This document shows positions 26,926-40,290 of a stretch of 64,000 nt of DNA, one piece after another. The stretch lies in assembly GCF_009914755.1 (NCBI RefSeq), contig NC_060925.1. One strand, given 5' to 3'. Positions within the stretch are counted from its first letter, which is position 1. Every line of letters starts with the position of its first letter. Origin of the DNA: the human T2T-CHM13v2.0 reference genome, Homo sapiens. The notes under the pieces are model-generated. The model was not told where the DNA came from. It was given only the letters and a program-made list of their open reading frames with translations, and did no database searches. The position numbers were made by a program, and so were the translations under genes.

Positions 26926-27474
26926 ATATTCTTTCTATTATTCCTTCTTCCTCTCTAAAGAGGCTCTTTGTGGTCCATTTCAGTTTGGACATTCTATGAT
27001 GTTACCAAATATTTTCTTCAAAAGGTCTTTCAAGAAGCAGTTAGAGCTCCAGGAATAGTACAGCTTGAATGTGCTCATCAGTTAAACACATTCACATCTC
27101 CCTGGGGCTGCGGAGTCAGGAGAGTTAATTAGCATCTGTCAGGCAGTTCTAAAGTACTTACAAGGGCTCACAGATGACCTTGAGGAACATTTTATTTTGA
27201 GGTGGCTCCTAGAGTTTGTTTTATAGATTGGTCACTTTCCACCCCCCTCACTCCAAACTGGGAGCTTTTTATTACAACAGGTCTTTCTCCAGAAGCTGCA
27301 TCTTTGCTGCAATTTCCTGTTTCAGCTGGCCCTGGCCAAACTGAATTCAGTGTCCTAGACTCTTCCCCAAACAGTGTTCTCCTCTCTTGTGGCTCCTTTT
27401 ACTGTTTCAGGTCAGGAGACCCAGACAGTTGGCCCAAGGTAGGGATTTCAGATGCATAGGTTATTTGCTGCTGC

Positions 27475-27477
<3 letters not shown>

Positions 27478-27512
<35 letters not shown>
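27478..27512. repeat. Pure T35 homopolymer with no attached retroelement body
   Basis: Read directly. Confidence 0.97.
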
Positions 27513-27513
<1 letters not shown>

Positions 27514-27850
27514 GTAAGATAGGTAATGCATTGCTCTGAGCTATCCACATTCTCCAATTTCCTCTCTCCAGACTTTCCACTGCTATGTGTAAGATGCTGA
27601 TCAGGGCAGGCATCTCAGCCAAAATGAGAGCTGTAATCGATGGCCATGGAACCAGCAAGGTCAAATGGATCCTTTAAAGAAAGACCTCTGTAGCATTGTG
27701 AACTCACTGGCAAAATCTAGTCTCACAAACAAGAGAAACGTTGGTGAGGGCAGGGGTGGAAAAAAACTATGCCAGTGATTATTTTCTGCTTAAGCACTAA
27801 CCCAGTCTTTATGGGTAGGAATGAGGGAAATAAAAATTGGGTAAATTGAT

Positions 27851-28283
<433 letters not shown>

Positions 28284-29328
28284 TCATCTGATGTGTTGAA
28301 AAACACTCCTGCAATTGTTTTCCTTACATTGGCTTCTGGGCTGAACTTAATCTTCTAATGGATTTTACTCCCTTTCCAAAAGGTCTTTGTAACAATCTAA
28401 CTCCTTGTGAGTCCTTGGGATTTTCCCTTGTTGGCCAATCCCCGCACCGATTGTGGACACTGTTTAATTTACTGTCTCCTTTCAGACTGCCTGTGAAGAT
28501 TAACTGTCCTTGAACAACAGCATCACTCATTGTACTTGGCCACATTTGCTTCACCTTTCTCAACTGCACTGTTTTCCTTCCTTGTCTCTTAGGCACACAC
28601 ACATACACAAATCCATGTAATTTGTTAATTCCCCCTCTCATAGATACACACACACAAATGCGCGTATGTACATTAACACTCAAATGTGTAGCATATATGA
28701 AGTAACGGGGTCTCCTATCTCTTAAGAGCAGAGTAGTTGATGTTGCAAATGTCATTTCTCATGAAGTCTTAGGATCTGAGTTTTGAAATGCCAGGGACGC
28801 CTTTTTTTTGTTTATTTCTGGTCATCTTGAACCAGATCCCAGAGTTGCTTGTGAATGTGTCCCTCATTAAGAAATCACTTCTTTGAGATGATCTCTTAGT
28901 GATTCCAGACCCTTTAATCATTTAATAGTTCAAAGTGCCAACCACTTACAGGGCATTCTCTTCTCCAAGTTATTCCTAAGTGAAACTGACTTTTGTTCAG
29001 GCCTTTCCCAAGAATTGGTCAGAGGGCTAGGGTATTAGGGGTGAGAGGGCTACATTGGAGGGGAGATAAAAGAATAGAAAGGGCATATGGGTATCCAAGA
29101 TAATAAAAAATTAGCTCATTACATAGCCAGCTGCATTCATACTTACATCATGCCAAGTGCAGCAGAACTTTCTGGTTGGAGGAATATTTAGAAAGGAAGC
29201 ATTGCCCAGAGCTTGCCAAATGCTGGGGAGTTGGTACATTGGGAGGGCAGTGGAAGCCAGTGGGCTTCTCTGTTCACATCTGTGAACAGAGATGTGATTT
29301 TTCTAGGAAGTGCTGCTGGAGGTAGCTA

Positions 29329-29886
<558 letters not shown>

Positions 29887-32800
29887 CTATCCATATTTCA
29901 GAGAGGACATTTCCCGCTTTGAGCAACTCCATTAATCAAGTGGACAGATTTATTGCTTTGCTTTTTTTTTTATTTTAAATGCCATAAATTGTCTCTTGGC
30001 TAAATTTTGAGCCTTATTTCTGATAATTCTCCAGTGCTCATTTCCTCCAAATGTACAGGCCTGTTTGCTTTTCCCTGACACTGCAGGTATCTAGAGCTTT
30101 CTGCACAAGTGCTCGCTGCTCAGTCTCCCTCAGCCCTCACATTCCCCTCCTACCTAGTCTGCCTGGCAAACCCTAGTCACCCTTTCATTTTATCACATAG
30201 TATTTATAACATGGAATCATAATTATTGGACATCCATCTTTTCTTACTTGTCTCTGAGCACCATGAGAGCAGGAAGCATGTCTTAATTATTTGGGTGCCC
30301 TGCTTGTAAACAGTGACTCCTTACCCCTGTATCTCACACCAGGAATATGAATGGGATGTGGGGAGGTGATGGTTGGGGGAAGAATTATTGTAAGAACATT
30401 CCAAATGGGTGGGAGACATAGGTGCATCTTATCTGGAATCTTTTCCTCCCATGGAATCCACCACTACTTCTCCCAGCTCTCCTCTCCTCTCTTGGTTTCT
30501 CGCATTGACACGTAATGGTCCTCTGTGGTTCTATGTGTCTTATCTCCCCTGGCTTAACTCCCAGCTCCAGATATTTCTCTCCCCATGGGCTGAACCCTTA
30601 ACATATACAGTGGAAATTGCCTGACAGTAATGCCTATTTGAGCTGTTGCAGGCTTGGGTGACATTCTGACAGCCATTGGCATTCATTTGGTGTCATCTTT
30701 ATTTCTTTACACTGCTTCCTATATGTGAGCTCTGAAGGAGGGTGAGAGTGCCCACAAACCAGTCTAACACTGGGATAAGTACATGGGTCTTTCTAGGATT
30801 TATCATCATTAAATATTGAGATTTAAGTGGGCTTGATACAGAGTCCATAACAAATAATCTTGAGGTTGGCAGGGTGTGTTATAGGGTTCACATTGTAGGT
30901 GGGATGACGTCTGGTTGGTTCCATTAGGACCTCTGATGGCTAATTTTATGTGTAAACTTGAGAGCCCTTTCCCTCATCTTGTAAACCTCATCATATGATT
31001 CAGTATCACCAGCCTCACCATTGCTGAGGGAGACTAGAAAAGACAACCTGCGGCCTCCAATAAGGTTGTTGGGTTATGATTCTCATCATCTGGGACAGAG
31101 AGCTCCCTGTTCATACACAGGTAGCTTCTCTGCCACCACCCCGCTGTTGTACTCTCATCTTTTGTGAGTTAGATTGCTTTGGTTGACTGATTTGAACAAC
31201 ATTTTCAATCTTTTGAAAGACTATCCCACATCCAGAAAGGCATTCCTAAGATGTTCCTGGAGTTGTAAATCAGACTATTCATTGCAAACCCTTGACAGAA
31301 TGTGCTGGTTTCTCTCTGTAAGCACGGCAGACTTAACAATACAAATATAGTTTCATATTTGTATAAATAATATTAGGATGCTTGCTAGTGTCTGATTTTC
31401 TTGAGTCTTTCATTTTTTGTGATTACTTTTGAAAATGTTTTGTTCAAATTTTATACAATAGTTTGACTTTGCCATTCTATAATATGTGTGGAATTTCATA
31501 AATATAGTTCCATCATTTAGTATTTATATGATTGTGATTTGGTTTTTATATTTTGTTATGGAATTTAACTGCATATGAGATTATTTTTCTTAAACTGCTA
31601 AAAAAGCTATTAAAATGTACTTTCAATTATGTTCATAGTGTGTAAATCCACACAGTTACAAAGCCACAAAGCAGTAAAAGAGTATGAAATGTTTTTAAAA
31701 GCATTAAAACATTAACATGTGCATTGTAGAGTTGCAGATCTTATTTTTAAGAAAAGTTAAATTTCTTAATTTTAATCTGGCTTACATAAGGTAGAGTGGA
31801 TTGCATTATAGAAAGAAATTTGGCAGTTATGTTTCCTAGTTGCATTTATTCCCCATGTATTTGTAGTTGTAAAAATCTGTACTCTGTTGTTTTCTCCTAA
31901 GAAACTAAGATACTCTCAAAAAGCATATTATCTAACAGCTTACTTATTCCAATCAATTGTTTGGGTTTTGTCTTCTTTTAGAATCCCTTCTAGTTTCTCC
32001 CCCTTTGAAAATATAGTGATGTTGTTTCTATGGAAACAATGATGTCATGGGTATGAATGGGGCTTTAGTGACCACCAAGAGTGCCATATATCAAGGCAGT
32101 GATAGAGCCCAGCTTTACCTATGAAGTTGCTAATGAGGGTCTGTTGTCAGAAACTTGAAATATATACGACTGAGAGGGAAGCAGATTTATGTAGCAATTC
32201 TGGATGGCCCATATGGAGTGAGTGTGTGTTTGTGAAGCCATGTGTATGTGATTGTGAAATACATCCCTCCTTCACAGTTTGACTTTAAATCATATGGATT
32301 CCCAGATCTGTAGGGTGGGAACTTGAAACCTATGAAACCAAGTCCTCAGTATCTATGGAAAGAGTGAGGGAGAAATATTTGTCTCTAGGGCTTGGTATTC
32401 AGAACCATCAAGCTTGTAACATCAGCATTAATACAAGTAGGAGCTTTGTAACGCATGTAATATACAGACATTACTATAGAATAGATATATCTAATTTAAC
32501 TTGCCTGTATTTAAATGTTCTCTAAATATAGATGACATTTGATGACTAACACATACAAGTTGTAACTAATTGATCAGAACTAGAGACATATTTAGCAGTG
32601 TACCTTAACTTATATATCCAAAGAATGTGGTCCCGCCCAAAGAGGAAAGAGGTTGTCTGGAAAGGCTAAACTCTTAGTGATCACACCCACCTTTTTTTGC
32701 TGCTCCTTTTTCAGAACTGCATCTAGATCTTGCAGCTCACTCTTTTGACTATTGTCAAGGGAGATGATTTTTTTTAATAGCTGAAAGTAATTTGGAACTG

Positions 32801-32971
32801 AGTATAATGATTGACTATCTTAATAAGTTCATCTCAATTTTTTTGCTATTCCAGTTAAAACACGAGGTGTGGTTACAAGGTAATGAAGCTGATAATTATG
32901 TAGTTTATATATTGGTTTTAAATATCTTCTGAAGAGATGATTTCCTCAAAGTTTCAAGCAATAATTATTTC

Positions 32972-33074
32972 ATTAGAATTTATTATATTCCCAAGGTGAC
33001 TAATATAACAAATTAGAATTTGTTATATTCCCAAGATGACTAATATAACAAATTAGAATTTGTTATACTCCCAA
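32972..33074. repeat. 40-bp minisatellite, about 2.6 copies, with an internal palindrome
   Basis: Unit attagaatttgttatattcccaagRtgactaatataacaa; the junction aatataacaaatt-ag-aatttgttatatt is a perfect 13-bp inverted repeat (33002-33029). Confidence 0.96.
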
Positions 33075-33309
33075 AGTGCCTTGAAAGTTAATATTTATTT
33101 GGAGATATATATGTTCAGGTATACTTGGCAGAAACAACCAGTAAATCTCATTGGTCTGGCATCAGAGAATGAGGTTCTCCATATAAGTAAAATTTCCAGG
33201 GAACTCAAGCTTTCCCCTCTAAGCATCAGTCCTATCTTTCAAAATCAATAACATTTAATTACAATATTTTATAACCTTTCATGTCCCCTTGTTCTTAAAC
33301 AATATCCTG

Positions 33310-33447
33310 ATGTTACCTTCTATGGCAGCAGGGAGTTTGCAGATTCTTAATGTGCAAACTTTTAAGAATCTTGAGATGGGAGATTACCCTGCATTATTCA
33401 GGTGGGCTCAATCTAATCACAAGAGTCCTTATAGAAGAGAGGCAGCA

Positions 33448-33500
<53 letters not shown>

Positions 33501-33502
33501 AG

Positions 33503-33542
<40 letters not shown>

Positions 33543-33780
33543 AGGAGAGAGCAATGAACAGAGGAAAAGGTGTTAAGATGCTATGTTGCTGGCTTTGATG
33601 ATAAGGAAGGGGCCAGAAGTCAAGGAATGCAGGCAGCCTCCAGAAGCTGGAAAAGTCAAGGAAATGGATTCCCCCCATAGCCTCCAAAAGGAACGCATCC
33701 CTGCAGAATCATTTTAGACTTCTGACCTCCAGAACTTTCAGAGAATAAGTTTGTGTTATTTTTAAGCCACTAACTTTGTG
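33310..33780 (+). mobile_element. MaLR LTR, MLT1D-like, with an internal GA expansion
   Basis: 'cttgagatgggagattaccctg...aaggaatgcaggcagcctccagaagctggaaaag...gacttctgacctccagaact'. Confidence 0.9.
33454..33551. repeat. 98-nt pure polypurine (GA)n tract
   Basis: No pyrimidine between 33454 and 33551. Confidence 0.97.
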
Positions 33781-35143
33781 TCCCCAGATCTCAGCTTTGC
33801 GATGGACATAGTTCATTTGGGAGATTGAGCTGGGAAAAGATCGGTAAACAGATGATTGTAATCCAGTGTATTAGGTACTGAAATTGAATTATGAACAAAA
33901 GAGTGGTAGGAATTCAGAGGAAAGACAACTCTTATTTTGGGGGATCCAGAATGGGATTCATACTGATATAGGACTTACAGAATGAATGCATGTCTGTGTT
34001 TTGGGGTCATGGTAGGGCATTGAGGGAGGCTTGCCTATAGAGAAAGTAGTAGATGAGCAAAGAGCATTCCAGGTAAAGCAAAAAGCATAAATTTCTCTGG
34101 GTTGATTTTTGTTTTAGGGAAGTAGATGAAGGTCCATGATGGGAGTCTGACACCCGTTTTGGTTTCCTGCAGCCTTTGCTTTCTGTATTTCATGTGGCTG
34201 GGTGTTTTGTCCTTTAAACTAAAATTTCACCTATGGATAAGAGAAGCATCACTTACTATAAATATAAGCTAGAGAGATAACAAATTAGTGGCCAATGTAT
34301 TTTCGGTGTGATTCCAGAACCCTCATTCTTTCATTGACTATAGCAAAGAGGAGAGCTTGATCCTAAGATCAACTTTGTTCACAGATGCTGGAGGTTCTCA
34401 CAGATTATCTCATTAAATCTCCCAACAATGAATTGTGTCACAAAATATAACTAGCTTCACTTTTAGTCCAAATTTTTTTAGGGAGTTTAACTTCATCATA
34501 GTAGTAATCTAATGACATTCTAATGGGAAGGTTTTGTTATAGCATGAAGAAATGAAAAACACAGGATTATATTTAGATTAACTTTTATTTTTATGAAGGG
34601 AAAATAGGGCATCTGGTTTGCCAAGAATTTACAGCCACTTTTAATAGCAAATTATGTAGAATGACTTAGCACCCCTTTGTTTCTCCTTAATGGTTAATCA
34701 TCACATCTAAAATATTTAGTGAGTGCCAACTAAGTGCAAAGCATTGCTAAAAGAGCTATGGGAGATTTGAAGCTACTAGTAATCTTAATGTGAAAAACAA
34801 CATTTAACCAGACTCATTTATCGAGCCCTTGAAGTCAGTCACTATTCTAATCTCTTTAAGTATATTCTCTTTATGATTTTCAAAAGAATTGCTTAGTTGC
34901 TGCCTGTATTCCATTCTCTCACCTTTCTCATCTTAAACTGACTTCTAACCCCACCTTTCTGCCAGAATAATTCTTCTTAAAGTAACTAGTGACCACTCTC
35001 TCCAAACCCATTTGATGTTTCATCCTCTGTGAGTACTCAAGAACATTTGTCACAACTGGTTATCATCTCCTAATTTTTTGATTTTCACTATATATCGCAC
35101 TCTTCTGACTTTACTCTTTCCTTGGTAGGAAAAAAATCCCTTC

Positions 35144-35567
35144 TATTGGATTGAGCCATATAGAAATTTCAGTTTGTGTTAGTTTATTTTGTGCTGCTAT
35201 AACAGAATACTATAGACTGGGCAATTTATAAAGATGATAAATTTATTTTCTCACAGTTCTGGAAGCTGGAAAGTTCAAGATCACGGTACTGGCCTCTGGC
35301 AAAGCCCTTTATGCTGTGTCCATACATGGAGGAAGATGGAAGGGCAAGAGAGAGGGGGAAGAAAGTGAACTCACTCCTGTGAGCCCTTTTTGTAACAGCA
35401 TCATTCCATTAATTAATGAGACCTAAACACCTCCCATTAGGCCCCACCTCCTAACACTGTTGCATTGGGGATTAAGTTTCTAACACATAAATTTCTGAGA
35501 GACACATTGCAATCATAGCACAAGTAGCTATTTTGGTCTGTATAATGGCATTTTCCTATGGTTTCAC
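35144..35567. mobile_element. MADE2-like Mariner MITE split by an MST LTR (pieces about 35144-35174 and 35521-35567)
   Basis: 'tattggattgagccatatagaaatt' and 'aatggcattttcctatggtttcac' resemble the two MADE2 TIRs. Confidence 0.6.
35175..35520 (-). mobile_element. MaLR LTR, MSTD/MSTC-like
   Basis: tg...ca termini; 'tgctgctataacagaatac...ctcacagttctgga...ccattaggccccacctcc...ttggggattaagtttc'. Confidence 0.9.
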
Positions 35568-36370
35568 AGAGAGGTGGATTCTCTTATGTCTATAAATATT
35601 GGCATTCTCTCTTTCCTCTTTTTACTCTCACCCTAGGCAATCTCATGCACATTCACAACTATACACAGACCACCCAGAATTTCTGTTTCTGGCTTAGACT
35701 TCTTCTGACCAAATTCTAATTATATGCCCACTGCCTACTTGACATCTCTTTTTGGATTTCTCAAAGACACCTCAGAATCACTGTGTCCCAAATCAAACTC
35801 TTTACCTTACTCCATAAATCTGATTCTGTTCTAGTTCTAATCCGGTGACTGGGACCACCTTGTATTCAATTTCACAAACCTCAGAAACCTCCCCATTGAC
35901 TTTTCATTCTTCCTCCTGTCCCACATCCAATCCAACACCAGGTCCTGTTGCTTTTAATTCTAAACTAGGTCTTGAATCCAACTGCTGCTCTCTCCGTCTC
36001 CAGCCAACTGGACTATTACAGTAGCCTCCGAATGGTTTCCCTACATCTACATCAGACTTGCCTCCACGCTGAACCTGTTTTTCATACTGTGACCAAGATG
36101 AGCTTTTGGAATCAGAATCTCCAGCCATGTTCCACTTCATCCTTCCAACCTAAACGTGTCCATTGGTTTCTTTCTCTCTTAGGGTAAAGGCCATACTTCT
36201 TCACATGGACTGTAAGGCCTGCAAGGTGCCCCTATTTTCCTCTTCAGCCTCTTCTCCCTTTACTAATGTCCTCATTGTCTTTCCTGGGGTCATGCTGATT
36301 TTCAGTTCCTTTGTAGCCTCTGTAATCCCTCCAGCCCAAGGCCTTTGGCTATGCAGTGACCTTTGCTTAG

Positions 36371-37202
<832 letters not shown>

Positions 37203-37235
37203 TGACTATGTTACTTCTCCCTATTAAAGGGTCGT

Positions 37236-37603
37236 TTTCTTTTCTTTTTTTTATTATTATACTTTAAGTTTTAGGGTACATGTGCACAATGTGCAGGTTA
37301 GTTACATATATATACATGTGCCATGCTGGTGTGCTGCACCCATTAACTCATCATTTAGCATTAGGTATATCTCCTAATGCTATCCCTCCCCCCTCCCCCT
37401 ACCCCACAACAGTTCCCAGAGTGTGATGTTCCCCTTCCTGTGTCCATGTGTTCTCATTGTTCAATTCCCATCTATGAGTGAGAACATGCGGTGTTTGGTT
37501 TTTTGTCCTTGTGATAGTTTACTGAGAATGTTGATTTCCAATTTCATCCATGTCCCTACAAAGGACATGAACTCATCATTTTTTTTATGGCTGCATAGTA
37601 TTC
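37236..37603 (-). mobile_element. Young primate L1PA (L1PA2-4-like) 5'-truncated 3' end
   Basis: 'ttattatactttaagttttagggtacatgtgcacaatgtgcaggttagttacata' is close to the L1PA consensus. Confidence 0.95.
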
Positions 37604-37689
37604 TTTATGAGAATATGCAGTTTCAATTTTATGTGGATTTGTGGGGTTCTTTGCCATGTATATCTCATAAATCTGAGTTAAGTAACATT

Positions 37690-37790
37690 GATCCCATTTT
37701 ACAGATGAGAAAACTGGGGCAGTTGATTTGCTTGAGATCATTTAGCCAGAAAGTGACTGAGCTATGAGTTGAACCTAAATCTGTGTGACT
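37690..37790 (-). mobile_element. MIR fragment
   Basis: 'cccattttacagatgagaaaactg'. Confidence 0.8.
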
Positions 37791-37795
37791 ATATT

Positions 37796-38258
37796 ACTGT
37801 TAGGCTCAGCTGTGAGGAACAATAAAACCTTAAAATAACATAAGCTTACACAAGATAGAAGTTTCTCTTTCTCACATAAATCCTGTCCCAGAGTGGTGTA
37901 GTAGCCCATGGTATCGGAGATCTTGACTCCTTATGTAGTGCTGCTCTGCCTAGTATGACCCTGACCTCATAGTCCAACATGGCTTTATCCGAGGCCAGAC
38001 AGTAGGATGGACGAGGGGACTAAGGAGAGATGACAAAGGACAAAGATGCATGTGGTGTCTCTTCAGGTGTTTAGGAGCTGCCACAGGTCATTTCTATTTT
38101 TGTCCCATTGGCTAGAATTCAGTCTCATGGCTGCGTAAGTTGCAAGAGAGGCTGTGAAACGAAGTTATTCTGGGTGGTTATGTGCTAGCTAAAAATGTGG
38201 GTTTCTATGACCGCAGGAGAAGCAGCAGTGTGTATTGGGAGATTACAAGCAGTCTACA
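37796..38258 (-). mobile_element. Old MaLR LTR (MLT1I/J/K-like)
   Basis: 'ttaggctcagctg...gcttacacaagatagaagttt...cccattggctagaa...catggctgc...tgcaagagaggctg'. Confidence 0.75.
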
Positions 38259-39498
38259 TAGATTCTGAAACCCATGTTCTCAGGGCTGTAAGTCCCTGGC
38301 CTCAAGGATTTCCATCTCATTGAGTAAACAAGTGAAAAGTTAATGGTAAAAGAGAAATAGCAAAATGCAGAATAGAATGTTACCAAGCATGTGGGAAGGA
38401 TACAGGAATGTGAGATGAATTTTGATGGTATTCAGGAAGGGTTAGGTGTTAGATGGATGTGGCAGTCCATAACCATGAATCGCCTGGTAAGAAAATTCTT
38501 CCCTTCTTAAATACCTTTCAATCTTTTGGATTATGTCAACACATGATATTAGCTGGTCTCTACCACCAATCTAATACTGGTTGTAAGAAGATTACTTTTT
38601 AATTTTGCATTCTGGTTCATGGTCTTTTCCTTGCTACTGAGTCTTAAACATGGTTCCTTTTGGTGTTATTGTTGAAAGCTTTGCCCAAAGAGCTTATCTG
38701 TCTTCATATGCTAGAATAGTTCTGAATTGCCTTCTGCTGAATGCTAGCTTTCTGTTATAATTAATCCTTAGAGAAGAACCTATCAAGTATTTAAAATATT
38801 ATACTACAATGCTTATAATTCTGATCTTTTGTGCTTTTCTCCCAAGGGGATACCTTTTTCTAGTCCATAGAAATGACTTCTCATCTGTGGTTGTTAGGTT
38901 GAGTGTAAAGTGGCTTCTTAGGAAGGCATATGGAAGACTCAAACCCTTTGTACAGTTTCTGAAGATAGTATCATCATTATGTTATGGTACCAGATCCTCT
39001 CTTTCTTCTATAACATTAATATAATGGAGGTGGTTCATGTGGATCTTGTCTGACCCTATTTGCCTGTGGTAATGATCAAACAAATATAAACAGATCACAA
39101 TGACATAGAGTGAGTAATTGTTTTGATTTTTGACACTGCCAAAGAAAGAGAACCATGTATGGTAGGCCTGGTGTAAGTGGAAAACTAGCAGATAGATCAA
39201 AGAGCTGTATCTGCCCCATTAAGATAATTATCTATCTCCAAACTAATGTTTGGAGTGAAAAAAGTCTGCTTCTGTCAGAGTTTTGGCATCACTAAAATTG
39301 GTGTGGAGAATTATACTAGAGTTTTCCCAAAGGGCCCCACCAGTGTTAGGGAATGGTTGTTAAACCTGGTGGATCCGTGATGTGCATTTATCTCCTTTTC
39401 TCTCTTGAAGCCCCACTGGAATAACCACTATGACAAAGAGAACAGGAGAAGAAACAGTCAATAAAGAGATTTCATAATAACTTTTTACAAGACAGAAG

Positions 39499-39808
39499 GG
39501 CTGGGCACAGTGGCTCACAACTTTAATCCCAACATTTGGAAAGCCAAGGTGAGAGGATCACTTGAGGCCAGGAGTTCAAGACCAGACTGGGCAACATAGA
39601 CCCTGTCTCTACAAAAAAAAAAAAAAAAAAAATTATTTTAAATTAGCCAGGCACCTAAGTCCCAGCTACTCAGGAGGCTGAGGCAGGAGGATCACTTGAG
39701 CCCAGGAATTTGAGGCTGCAGTGAGCTATGAGTGCACTACTGCACTCTGGCCTGGGCAACAGAGCAAGACGTTGCCTCTGGAAAATAAATAATAAATAAA
39801 ATAATAAA
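39499..39808 (+). mobile_element. AluJ with expanded central A linker
   Basis: 'ggatcacttgagcccagga...gaggctgcagtgagctatga'; (TAAA)n tail. Confidence 0.95.
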
Positions 39809-39993
39809 AGAATACAAAGGTATGTTGATAGCCTTAATGGAGCAGAGGTAGCTTTAGTCCAAGGTCTGCAGAAGGGGCTATTGATGGCAAGTAAGTTGAT
39901 TGATGCCAGATAACTCTTGAAAGGCTTAAGATGTTAGAAGTACCAGTTGTTGCAGAAGGTGGGAGTGAGGTGCCATGATTAAAAAGGTCTTAA

Positions 39994-40290
39994 GGCCAGA
40001 TTCGGTGGCTCATGCCTGTAATCCTAGCAGTTTGGGAGACCAAGTGGGCGGGTTACTTGAGGTCAGGAGTTTGAGACCAGCCTGGCCAATACATTAAAAC
40101 CCCTTCTCTACTAAAAATACAAAAATTAGCCAGGCATGGTGGCGTGTGCCTGTAATCCCAGCTATTCGGGAGAGTGAGGCGTGAGAATTGCTTGAACCCA
40201 GGAGACAAAGGTTGCGGTAAGCCTAGATCGTGTCATGCTAGCCTGAGTGACACAGCAAGATTCTGTCTATAGGAAAAAAAAAAAAAAAGA
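39994..40290 (+). mobile_element. AluS
   Basis: Full dimer; TSD aaaaaggtcttaa / aaaaagatcttaa. Confidence 0.95.

Noticed and set aside
32972-33074. CRISPR-like look (palindromic repeats with short spacers)
   Set aside because: The spacers are near-identical 12-mers, there are under 3 copies, no cas genes, and the DNA is human: a minisatellite.
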